Shown piece by piece: positions 9,742 to 17,597 of a stretch of DNA of 64,000 nucleotides; positions within the stretch are counted from its first letter, which is position 1, and the number at the start of each line of letters is the position of its first letter. The notes below the pieces were generated by a model. It was given only the letters and a program-made list of their open reading frames with translations, was not told the origin of the DNA and ran no database searches. Position numbers and translations under genes: made by a program. This stretch comes from Planctomycetaceae bacterium (GTDB lineage Bacteria; Planctomycetota; Planctomycetia; Pirellulales; Thermoguttaceae), in assembly GCA_012719125.1 (NCBI GenBank), contig JAAYAY010000013.1, forward strand, positions 1 through 64,000. The letters run 5' to 3'.

Positions 9742-10716
9742 GTGCCAAAAATCAAGCGAATTCTCGTGACCGGCGGTGCCGGCTTTCTGGGTTCCCATCT
9801 CTGCGAACGATTGGTCGAGCGAGGCCACGACGTAATCTGCCTGGACAACTTCTTCACCAGCCAGAAATCAAACGTGGTACATCTTCTCGACTACCCCAAT
9901 TTCGAACTGATCCGCCACGACGTGACTCTGCCGATCTACCTCGAGGTGGACGAAATCTACAATCTGGCATGTCCGGCGGCCCCAGGCCACTACCAATACA
10001 ACCCGATCAAGACCCTCAAGACCTCGATGGCGGGCGCCATCAACGTCCTGGGAATGGCCAAGCGCTGCCGGGCTCGGGTCTTTCAGGCTTCCACCAGTGA
10101 GATTTACGGCGACCCTGAGGTTCACCCCCAACCGGAATCGTATCGCGGCTCCGTCAATCCCATCGGCCCAAGGGCCTGCTACGACGAAGGCAAGCGAGCC
10201 GCCGAATCGTTATTCATGGACTACCACCGCATGAACCGCGTGGATATTCGGATTGTACGGATTTTCAATACGTACGGGCCCCGAATGCATCCTTTCGACG
10301 GACGGGTGATATCGAACTTCATCCGTCAAGCTCTCCAGCGAGAGGACATCACCCTTTTCGGAGACGGCAGCCAGACTCGCTCATTCTGTTATCGGGACGA
10401 TATGGTGGACGGCTTCATTCGCATGATGGAAAACGAAGAGGGCTTTATCGGTCCGGTGAACTTAGGCAATCAAGGCGAGTATACCATTCGCCAACTGGCC
10501 GAAACCGTGCTGGAATTGACCTGCTCGAAGAGCAAGATCGTTTACCGCGACTTGCCGGCCGACGATCCGAAGAGACGACGTCCCGATATCAGCCTAGCCC
10601 GGGAGAAGCTTGGCTGGCAGCCGACGGTTTCCCTTGCCGACGGTTTGGCCAAGACAATCCAGTGGTTCCAGTCCATCGACATCGGCGACTACCGGCCGCC
10701 CACGCCAAGCTACTGA
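9742..10716 (+). CDS. UDP-glucuronate decarboxylase (UDP-xylose synthase), NAD-dependent epimerase/dehydratase family
   Basis: Rossmann '[34 protein letters not shown]' and catalytic 'YDEGKRAAE'. GTG start at 9742 (RBS 'gagg') gives 324 aa; the track ATG at 9658 adds an implausible R-rich 28 aa. Confidence 0.85.
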   Translation: MPKIKRILVTGGAGFLGSHLCERLVERGHDVICLDNFFTSQKSNVVHLLDYPNFELIRHDVTLPIYLEVDEIYNLACPAAPGHYQYNPIKTLKTSMAGAINVLGMAKRCRARVFQASTSEIYGDPEVHPQPESYRGSVNPIGPRACYDEGKRAAESLFMDYHRMNRVDIRIVRIFNTYGPRMHPFDGRVISNFIRQALQREDITLFGDGSQTRSFCYRDDMVDGFIRMMENEEGFIGPVNLGNQGEYTIRQLAETVLELTCSKSKIVYRDLPADDPKRRRPDISLAREKLGWQPTVSLADGLAKTIQWFQSIDIGDYRPPTPSY

Positions 10717-10728
10717 CGGCCGGCTGCT

Positions 10729-12054
10729 TCAGGTCAGCTCCGTGATCCCCGGTCGAGGAAGGGGATAGTTGCCGGTTTCGTCGGGTACTGTCGGCGGCTG
10801 GATGTCGAAACTGGCTTCTTCCGGTGCGGGGCCATATTGCAGGTTGGACTTGTGAGCGTCGTCCCAGGTGGTTGCCTTGCCGGAATAGCAGGCCATCTGG
10901 CCGAGCACGCCGATCATGGTGCTGTTGGCCATATAGCTGCCGCTGTTGATCGGCTTGCCGTCGCGGACCGAATCGATCAGCGCCTTCTGCTCAGCATCGT
11001 AGGGATTGTTGGGCTGGCCCTCGAACTGCCAGTTGGTTTCTCCCTCGAATCGCGGCTTCCTCGGGTCCAGATAGCACACGCCCTTCGTGCCCATGATGAT
11101 GTCGCTCGAGTTGCCGTAGCAGTTCTTCTGCGTGCGGCAGAGGGCGTATAGCCGGGTGCCGCTTTCGTATTCGTAGACGACCGTATGGTGGTCGAACATG
11201 TCGCCGTAGATCTCGCCGAAGGAGGCGGATCGCCCGCCCAGGCCGAAGGCCCATTTGGGCATTTCGCCTTGCATGATCCAGGAGATCCGGTCGACGTTAT
11301 GGACCAGGGATTGGGGCACGTCGTCGCCGGAAAGCCAGCAGAAATGATACCAGTTCCAGAAATGGAACTCGATCTCGCTCAACCCGGTACGCCGGGCTTC
11401 GAGTTGATAGGGACCGCGGAGGAACATCGACTGGGCGGCCACGATGTCGCCGATGGCGCCGTCGTGAATTCGCTTGACCGTTTCCTGCCATCCGGCGTGG
11501 TAGCGGCTTTGCAGCCCGGAAACCAGGCTCAGACCCTTCTGTTCCGCCAACTTGGCGGTTTCCTCCACACGGCGTACGCCCACCGGATCGATGGCGTGGG
11601 GTTTCTCGACAAAGCAGTGCTTGCCGGCCTTGACGGCTGCTTCGGAGTACATGGGATGGAACTTCGACGCGCAGGCGATCAGCACCACGTCGACCGAATC
11701 GATCACCTTTTGATAGCCGTCGAATCCCACGAAGCAATGATCGTCGTCGACGGCCACCTGGTCGCCGAACTGGGTCTTGAGATTCGTGCGGCTGGCTTGC
11801 AGGCGGCTGTCGAAGACGTCGCACATGGCGACGAGTTTGACGTCGGCGCCGGCCTTGAGGGCCTGGGCGGCCGCACCGGAGCAGCGCCCGCCGCAGCCGA
11901 TCATGCCGATCTTGATGCTGCCGTCGCCGGCCGCGTGAGCCGATCGGCCAAGGGTCAGACTGGCGGTACCGGCCAGCGAGGCGGCGACTGCCGATTGTCT
12001 GAGAAAACCGCGACGAGAAATCGTGCCGTTTGTTTTCGCTGGTTGCTGGGTCAT
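10729..12054 (-). CDS. Gfo/Idh/MocA family oxidoreductase with twin-arginine (Tat) signal peptide
   Basis: Tat motif 'SRRGFLRQSAVAASLAGTASLTLGRSAHA'; Rossmann 'KIGMIGCGGRCSGAAAQAL'; 'FVEKPHAIDP'. Start chosen at 'MTQQPAKTNG' (RBS aaagga). Paralog of 14972-16276. Confidence 0.85.
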   Translation of the reverse strand: MTQQPAKTNGTISRRGFLRQSAVAASLAGTASLTLGRSAHAAGDGSIKIGMIGCGGRCSGAAAQALKAGADVKLVAMCDVFDSRLQASRTNLKTQFGDQVAVDDDHCFVGFDGYQKVIDSVDVVLIACASKFHPMYSEAAVKAGKHCFVEKPHAIDPVGVRRVEETAKLAEQKGLSLVSGLQSRYHAGWQETVKRIHDGAIGDIVAAQSMFLRGPYQLEARRTGLSEIEFHFWNWYHFCWLSGDDVPQSLVHNVDRISWIMQGEMPKWAFGLGGRSASFGEIYGDMFDHHTVVYEYESGTRLYALCRTQKNCYGNSSDIIMGTKGVCYLDPRKPRFEGETNWQFEGQPNNPYDAEQKALIDSVRDGKPINSGSYMANSTMIGVLGQMACYSGKATTWDDAHKSNLQYGPAPEEASFDIQPPTVPDETGNYPLPRPGITELT

Positions 12055-12088
12055 GGTCGTGTCCTTTGCAGGTGGGGGACAGGAGTAA

Positions 12089-12166
12089 GGTGCGTCAAGA
12101 CGCACCCTATGTGCTGGGGGCCGTGTTGGCAAATCCTGGTGCGTCAAGACGCACCCTACGTGCTGG
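12089..12166. promoter_or_regulatory. Duplicated 29-bp motif with internal hairpin upstream of the Tat oxidoreductase gene (candidate operator pair)
   Basis: 'ggtgcgtcaagacgcaccctatgtgctgg' at 12089-12117 and 'ggtgcgtcaagacgcaccctacgtgctgg' at 12138-12166. Each contains the palindrome GGTGCGTC-aaga-CGCACC; they lie 35-110 nt upstream of the 12054 start. Confidence 0.45.
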
Positions 12167-12349
12167 AGGGGTGACAGGGGAATATCAGGTGGAATGGTGG
12201 GGTGGTGGAACGATGGAATAATGGAATGGCGGAATGGTGTCGACGGACAGGAACAGCTCGGAAGAGAAGACGAGGAAGCACAGCATCCTTCCAGTATTCC
12301 AACGTTCCAGTATTCCCTTTGACCGAGGGGGTTCTTGCTCTCGCCCCGT

Positions 12350-13222
12350 TCACTCCTTTTCTTCCGGGATGTGAAGCTCTTGCATGGTTCGTCGCAGCCA
12401 GGCCAGGGATTTCTCGATCAGCGGGCCGCCCTGGCCTTCGCATTCCATGCTCAAGACGCCGTCAAAGCCATGATCGCGAAGCATTTCCAGGCATTGGCGG
12501 ATGTTGTCGGCGTTGACGCCGTCGCCGATGGCGCAATGGCTGATGGCAATTCCGGTATCCTTGCCGCGCAGCGACTCGGCCAGCGACGGGCTGACGTCTT
12601 TGACATGCACGTGGTCGATCTTGTGGATGAAGCGGCGGCAGAACTCGACGGGGTCCTGGCCGGCGATGAAGGAATTGCCCGTGTCGAAGTTCATCCGCAG
12701 GTTCGGTGAATCGACAAAGCCGAGCATGGCTTCGGCCTTATCCGGATCGGTGGTGAAGTAGCCGTGGACCTCGATGGTTGCCGTCACTCCGTAGGCTTCG
12801 GCCGTTCTCACGATCTGCTCGTAGCACCGCTGCATCATCACCATGGCCTGATCGTCCGAGAGGCCCTCGGGCGCGTGGAGCCCGTCGGTCGTGGCCACGT
12901 GATCGCAGCCGGCGTGGGCGGCCCACGGAATCGACTTGAGCACGTAGGGCAGGCCGATCGACGGACCGTCCTTGCCGCTGAGCGGATAGGCCGCGTCGAC
13001 CTGGCTGAACCGAACGCCGTACTTTGCCATCTTCTGCCGCAACAGCGCGGGGTCCTGGTAGAGGGCTACGTGGGGAAAGTAGCCCAGGCCGTGGATCCAG
13101 CAAGCGCCGTCGATCAGGCCGGGCTCGATGAAGTGCACGTCGTTGCGTTGAGCCCAGGCCAGCGCTTTCTCGAAAGAGAACGCGAACGAGTTGAACGCGT
13201 CGGTGTGGAATCCGATTTTCAT
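12350..13222 (-). CDS. Sugar phosphate isomerase/epimerase (xylose isomerase-like TIM barrel)
   Basis: 'MKIGFHTDAFNSFAFSFEKALAWAQRNDVHFIEPG' and later 'HVHVKDV' are typical of the AP endonuclease 2/xylose isomerase-like TIM family. Start at MKIG (RBS ggga). Confidence 0.8.
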   Translation of the reverse strand: MKIGFHTDAFNSFAFSFEKALAWAQRNDVHFIEPGLIDGACWIHGLGYFPHVALYQDPALLRQKMAKYGVRFSQVDAAYPLSGKDGPSIGLPYVLKSIPWAAHAGCDHVATTDGLHAPEGLSDDQAMVMMQRCYEQIVRTAEAYGVTATIEVHGYFTTDPDKAEAMLGFVDSPNLRMNFDTGNSFIAGQDPVEFCRRFIHKIDHVHVKDVSPSLAESLRGKDTGIAISHCAIGDGVNADNIRQCLEMLRDHGFDGVLSMECEGQGGPLIEKSLAWLRRTMQELHIPEEKE

Positions 13223-13357
13223 GTTCACTTTCCCTCGTGATGAAGGGCCAGTTTCGCGAAACGGCGTATGTTGCAGCGTCCCTGGCGTGTTGGGTTCAGT
13301 TCCGGAAACTCGGTTCTTCCTGGTTCCAGTGACACTCGGCAAGAGTCAGCCGCGGGG

Positions 13358-14149
13358 TTACTTTCTGGGCCCGGGCTCCAACCCGGCGGTCCAGGCACAT
13401 CCGCGGCGGTGCAGTTCCGCGGGACCTTCGGCCGCAAAGGCCGCCGTGTCGTGGCCGAGAACGGAATGGAAGACGCGGCCTTTGCCGTACTGGAGTACGA
13501 AGACCATCGGATAGACCTTGTGGTCGACCTTGGAGACGGCGGTGGCCAGCACGGTGATGGGAGTCTCGCCTTCCAGGCAGGAGTAGAGTTCGTCGACCGT
13601 GGTGAAATCTTCCATTCCCTTCACGATCGGATGGTCGACCTTGGCGGTGTTCACGGTGAACTCGCCGTGAGGGTCATGGCCCCGCCTGCCGGGAGGCGTC
13701 TTCGCGCCGAACCACACGCGGCCGGCGAGCCTGGTGAAATCGTCCTTGAATTCCTCGAACGCCCCGCAACCGAAGTGGAGGATCGTCAACCCGCCGCCTT
13801 GTTCGACGAACCCGGCCAGGTTGTCGAATCCCTTCCTGCCGGGCACCTCGGGATCGTAGTTTTTGAAGTGCAGGACGGCTGCGTCGTAGTCGGAAAGCCG
13901 AACCGTGGCCAGCGATTTCAGGTCGGTTAGGACGTCGACCGTCAGTCGGGGATCCTTTTCGAGTTCGGCCTTGACGACCGGATAGGTTTCCTTCCATTTA
14001 TGGCCCGGATAGTCTTCGCCGGTGATGAGGAGGATGCGTGCGCTCTCCTTTGCAGCCTCTCCGGCAGATGACTGGGCGGCAGGGAGAGCTACCAGGGCAC
14101 AGAAGCCCAGCATGAACAAGGCGGTTGTTACGCATCGATTCGCAGCCAT
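13358..14149 (-). CDS. ThuA-like (trehalose-utilisation ThuA / GATase1-like) domain protein, secreted
   Basis: Signal peptide 'TALFMLGFCALVALPAAQSSA'; ThuA-like core 'ILLITGEDYPGHKW...LHFKNYD...GGGLTILHFGCGAF...HPIVKGMEDF...VLGHD'. Confidence 0.8.
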   Translation of the reverse strand: MAANRCVTTALFMLGFCALVALPAAQSSAGEAAKESARILLITGEDYPGHKWKETYPVVKAELEKDPRLTVDVLTDLKSLATVRLSDYDAAVLHFKNYDPEVPGRKGFDNLAGFVEQGGGLTILHFGCGAFEEFKDDFTRLAGRVWFGAKTPPGRRGHDPHGEFTVNTAKVDHPIVKGMEDFTTVDELYSCLEGETPITVLATAVSKVDHKVYPMVFVLQYGKGRVFHSVLGHDTAAFAAEGPAELHRRGCAWTAGLEPGPRK

Positions 14150-14153
14150 GATG

Positions 14154-14765
14154 TCACCTGTTGCCTGGTTGTGGACAAGTTTGCCCCTGAAGGATGCTCA
14201 TAAGACCTCCGACGATCGTTCGTTGTTCTGCCGGGCAGGCGATGTGCGGCTCGTAGACGGCCCGCAGTTTGACTCCTTCGATGGCTGCCAGCATCAAGTC
14301 GACGGCAGCACGCGGATCGTCGACATGGGCCTGGCCGGCAGCCTTGGCGGCCGCGAGCAGCCCAATGTACAGTTCGCGCACCGAGTCGTAGAACTGCAAC
14401 CAGCCGGAGCGGACCTGTTCGTCCTTGAGCGAAAGGGCGAAGATCTCGGTGGTGAAGACTCGCGTGCTCTGATCGACGACGCAAGTCCGCACCGACATCT
14501 CGACGATGGCACGCAAACGCTGCAAGGGATCTCTCAAGCCCGCAATCGCGCGGTGCGCATTCTGTTGGTAAGCTCGATAGTAGTGCTGGCATGCGGCCAG
14601 CACAATCTCTCGCTTCGACTTGTAGTGGCTGTAGAAACTGCCCTTGGTCACACCCGCCCTGGCGGCGATCTCGTCGATCGTCACGGCATCGAATCCGTTC
14701 CGCCCGAACAGCGCGAAGGCGTTTTCGGCCAGGACGGCGGGCATTTGGGGCGCCAGACGGGGCAT
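14154..14765 (-). CDS. TetR/AcrR family transcriptional regulator
   Basis: N-terminal HTH 'FGRNGFDAVTIDEIAARAGVTKGSFYSHYKSKREIV'. It lies 5 bp upstream of the ThuA-like gene on the same strand. Confidence 0.85.
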   Translation of the reverse strand: MPRLAPQMPAVLAENAFALFGRNGFDAVTIDEIAARAGVTKGSFYSHYKSKREIVLAACQHYYRAYQQNAHRAIAGLRDPLQRLRAIVEMSVRTCVVDQSTRVFTTEIFALSLKDEQVRSGWLQFYDSVRELYIGLLAAAKAAGQAHVDDPRAAVDLMLAAIEGVKLRAVYEPHIACPAEQRTIVGGLMSILQGQTCPQPGNR

Positions 14766-14811
14766 TCAGGTCTCCTTGGAACCGAAGGATCTATCGTACC
14801 GCGACGTTTAA

Positions 14812-14827
14812 GATACTCATGGGTATC
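14812..14827. promoter_or_regulatory. Imperfect 16-bp palindrome in the divergent TetR / Tat-oxidoreductase promoter region (candidate TetR operator)
   Basis: 'gatactcatgggtatc' (GATAC-N6-GTATC) between the TetR start (14765, minus) and the oxidoreductase start (14972, plus). Confidence 0.35.
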
Positions 14828-14971
14828 CTACATGTCAACAGGCGAGCCAGCAGCGGCCGCTGTGGAGTTCCGCAGGAATGGTTGACAGGGAACCTGCCGA
14901 GGGACTACGATCAGCCTCGTCGGTCCCGGTACAATACTGCCAGGTATGCCCATTGTTGTCAGGAGTCGGCC

Positions 14972-16276
14972 ATGGCAAACACGCATCGCATTCCATCGCG
15001 TCGGGACTTTTTGAAGGCGTCGGCCACGGCCGGAGTGGCCGCCTGCGGCCTGTCGGTCGTCCGTGGGGCCCATGCAGCCGGGAACGAATCGATCAAGGTC
15101 GGGATGATCGGCTGCGGCGGGCGGTGCAGCGGGGCGGGCGCCCAGGCCCTGAGTGCCGGCCCGGATGTGAAGTTGGCCGCCATGACCGACGTTTTCGAGA
15201 ACCGCATGCGGGCCAAGCAGCAGTACTTCAAGACGAAGTACCCCGACCAGTTCGTCGCCAAGGACGACGCTTGCGTGTTCGGTTTGGACGGGTACAAGCG
15301 GGTGATCGAGGAATCGGACGCGGTGCTCATTGCCTGCGCGTCGAAGTTTCATGCCTACTATGCCGAGAAGGCAATCGAGGCCGGCAAGCACGTGTTTATT
15401 GAAAAGCCCCACGCCATCGATCCGGGCGGCTGCCGGCGGCTGAAGCGGGTTGCCAGGATGGCTGCAGAGAAGGGGCTCTCCTTCGTGTCGGGCCACGAGA
15501 GCCGCTACAGTTTCCCGTACCAGGAACAGGTCAAACGGATTCACGACGGGGCGATCGGCGACGTGGTGGCGATCCAGTCGATGTTTCTTCGCGCGCCCTA
15601 TCGCGTGGTCGCCCGCGATCCGAAGCTGAGCGAGACGGAGTACCAGTTCTCCAATTTCTACCACTTCCGCTGGCTGTCGGGCGACGACGTGCCGCAGTCC
15701 TTGGTACACAACCTGGATCGCATGCGGTGGGTGCTCCACGAGGAGAATCCCACCTGGTGCTTCGGGCTCGGCGGCCGCTCGAGTTCCTTTGGCGAGGTGT
15801 TCGGCGACATGTTCGACCACGGCACGGTGGTTTACGAAATGCCCAGCGGGGTCCGCGTCTACGCCATGTGCCAGACGCAGGCCGGCTGTTATCCCAATTG
15901 GGACGACATCATCATGGGCACCAAGGGGACCTGCCACTGGACGGCCTGCAAGATCGAGGGCGAAACGAGTTGGCGGTACGAAGGTCCGAAGAACGATCCG
16001 CACACCGAAGAGCAGAAGATCCTCATCGGGTCGATCCGCGCCGGCCAGCCCGTCAATCACCAGGACACGATGATCGACAGCACCTACATGGGCGTGATGG
16101 GGCAGATTGCCGTCTACACGGGCAAACAGGTCACGTGGGACCAGGTGCAGGCCGCCGACTTCGAGTTCGGTCCCAAAGTGGATGAAGTCACGCTCGACAT
16201 GGCCCCGCCGACTGTGCCGGACGAGACGGGCAATTACCCGCTGCCGTTGCCGGGGATCACGAGCTTTGAGCTGTGA
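14972..16276 (+). CDS. Gfo/Idh/MocA family oxidoreductase with Tat signal peptide (paralog of 10729-12054)
   Basis: RBS 'aggag' 7 nt upstream of ATG 14972; Tat 'SRRDFLKASATAGVAACGLSVVRGAHA'; 'KVGMIGCGGRCSGAGAQAL'; C-terminus 'PDETGNYPLPLPGITSFEL' parallels the paralog. Confidence 0.85.
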   Translation: MANTHRIPSRRDFLKASATAGVAACGLSVVRGAHAAGNESIKVGMIGCGGRCSGAGAQALSAGPDVKLAAMTDVFENRMRAKQQYFKTKYPDQFVAKDDACVFGLDGYKRVIEESDAVLIACASKFHAYYAEKAIEAGKHVFIEKPHAIDPGGCRRLKRVARMAAEKGLSFVSGHESRYSFPYQEQVKRIHDGAIGDVVAIQSMFLRAPYRVVARDPKLSETEYQFSNFYHFRWLSGDDVPQSLVHNLDRMRWVLHEENPTWCFGLGGRSSSFGEVFGDMFDHGTVVYEMPSGVRVYAMCQTQAGCYPNWDDIIMGTKGTCHWTACKIEGETSWRYEGPKNDPHTEEQKILIGSIRAGQPVNHQDTMIDSTYMGVMGQIAVYTGKQVTWDQVQAADFEFGPKVDEVTLDMAPPTVPDETGNYPLPLPGITSFEL

Positions 16277-16321
16277 GCTATGAGCTGTGAGCTGTGAGGG
16301 AGCGGGGGATGGCAAGACCGG

Positions 16322-17356
16322 TCAGAGGATTTCGTCCATGGGGACGCGGCGGCCGGTCTTGACGGACATCTGGGTGGCCAGGCACATGGCGACGGACCAC
16401 TTGCCGTCTTCGCCCGTGCAGGGGGAGGGGGTCCCATCGCGGACGGCGGAAACCATGGCGGCGATCTGCTCCTCCAATTCGTAGAGTTCACCGGCGCCGC
16501 GGGTGACGGGGATCTCTTCGAGTTTTTCGCCGTCAAACGCCTTGAGGAAGAAGGAGGCCTTGCGCACCCGGTCCATGGCGCCGCTCCAACTGGCCCAGAT
16601 GGCGCCTTTCGTACCGGTCAGCTTGACGGTCTGGTGGTGTTCGAAGGCGGCCAGGGTTTGCGAGACGACGGCGTAGGCACCGCCGGTGAAGTGCATGATG
16701 GCGCTGCAGTTGTCCTGCAGTTCCGGATGGTCGGGCTGGCGGGAGTTGGCGGCGGCATAGACCGATTCGGGCTGCCCCACGCTGCTCAGGTACCAGCGGG
16801 CCAGATCGAAGAAGTGGATCGGCTCTTCCAGGATCCAGTCGCCGACACGATTGATGTCGAAACGCCAGCCATCGGAGCCCAGCCGATAGGGGTTTCGCGA
16901 CAGCTCGACCAGCACGTATTGAGGATCGCCCACGACGCCGTCGTCGATCAGTTTCTTCACCGTGCCCCAGAGAGACGAGAGGCGGAACTCGTGGTTGACG
17001 GCGATCCGCAGATTCTTCGCCTTGGCCAGTTGCAGGAGATCGTCGCACTCCTTCATGGTCAGGCACATCGGTTTTTCGAGCAACAGGTGCTTGCCCGAGG
17101 AGAGGACGGCCGAGGCGACTTCGTGGTGCAGGCGATTGGGCACGATGACGTCGACGACGTCGAGGTCGTCGCGCCCGACGAGTTCCCGATAGTCGGCCAC
17201 AACGGCTGCCTCGGGATGGGCCTGTTGGGCGGCGTTCCTGGATTCTTCCGACCGTTCGGCGATAGCGACGAGTTGGGCATCCTCCGCCTTGGCGATCGAG
17301 GCGGCATGGTGCTGTCCCCAGGCGCCGTAGCCGATGAGTCCGAAACGTATGGGCAT
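16322..17356 (-). CDS. Gfo/Idh/MocA family oxidoreductase (cytoplasmic, no signal peptide)
   Basis: 'MPIRFGLIGYGAWGQHHAASIAKAEDAQLVAIAER' Rossmann N-terminus; 'LLEKPMCLTMKECDDL'. Confidence 0.85.
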   Translation of the reverse strand: MPIRFGLIGYGAWGQHHAASIAKAEDAQLVAIAERSEESRNAAQQAHPEAAVVADYRELVGRDDLDVVDVIVPNRLHHEVASAVLSSGKHLLLEKPMCLTMKECDDLLQLAKAKNLRIAVNHEFRLSSLWGTVKKLIDDGVVGDPQYVLVELSRNPYRLGSDGWRFDINRVGDWILEEPIHFFDLARWYLSSVGQPESVYAAANSRQPDHPELQDNCSAIMHFTGGAYAVVSQTLAAFEHHQTVKLTGTKGAIWASWSGAMDRVRKASFFLKAFDGEKLEEIPVTRGAGELYELEEQIAAMVSAVRDGTPSPCTGEDGKWSVAMCLATQMSVKTGRRVPMDEIL

Positions 17357-17597
17357 GGTGTGGTCCTTTCTTCATCAACCGCTATTGGACGCCAATGTCC
17401 AAGATGGTGTCTGTACCGCCCTTTCAGGGCTGCTTTGGTGTTGGATTCGTGCCCCAGGGCGGCGCTTCGCTCTGCCCTGGGCTGATATGTTGCTGCCCCT
17501 GTCGGGGCGACGGACTTTGCAGAGGAAGAGGATCGGCTGTGATCGTGTCTATCCTCGTTTCTGTTTCTCTCCCCTTATCAGCGTCTATCAGCGTTCA

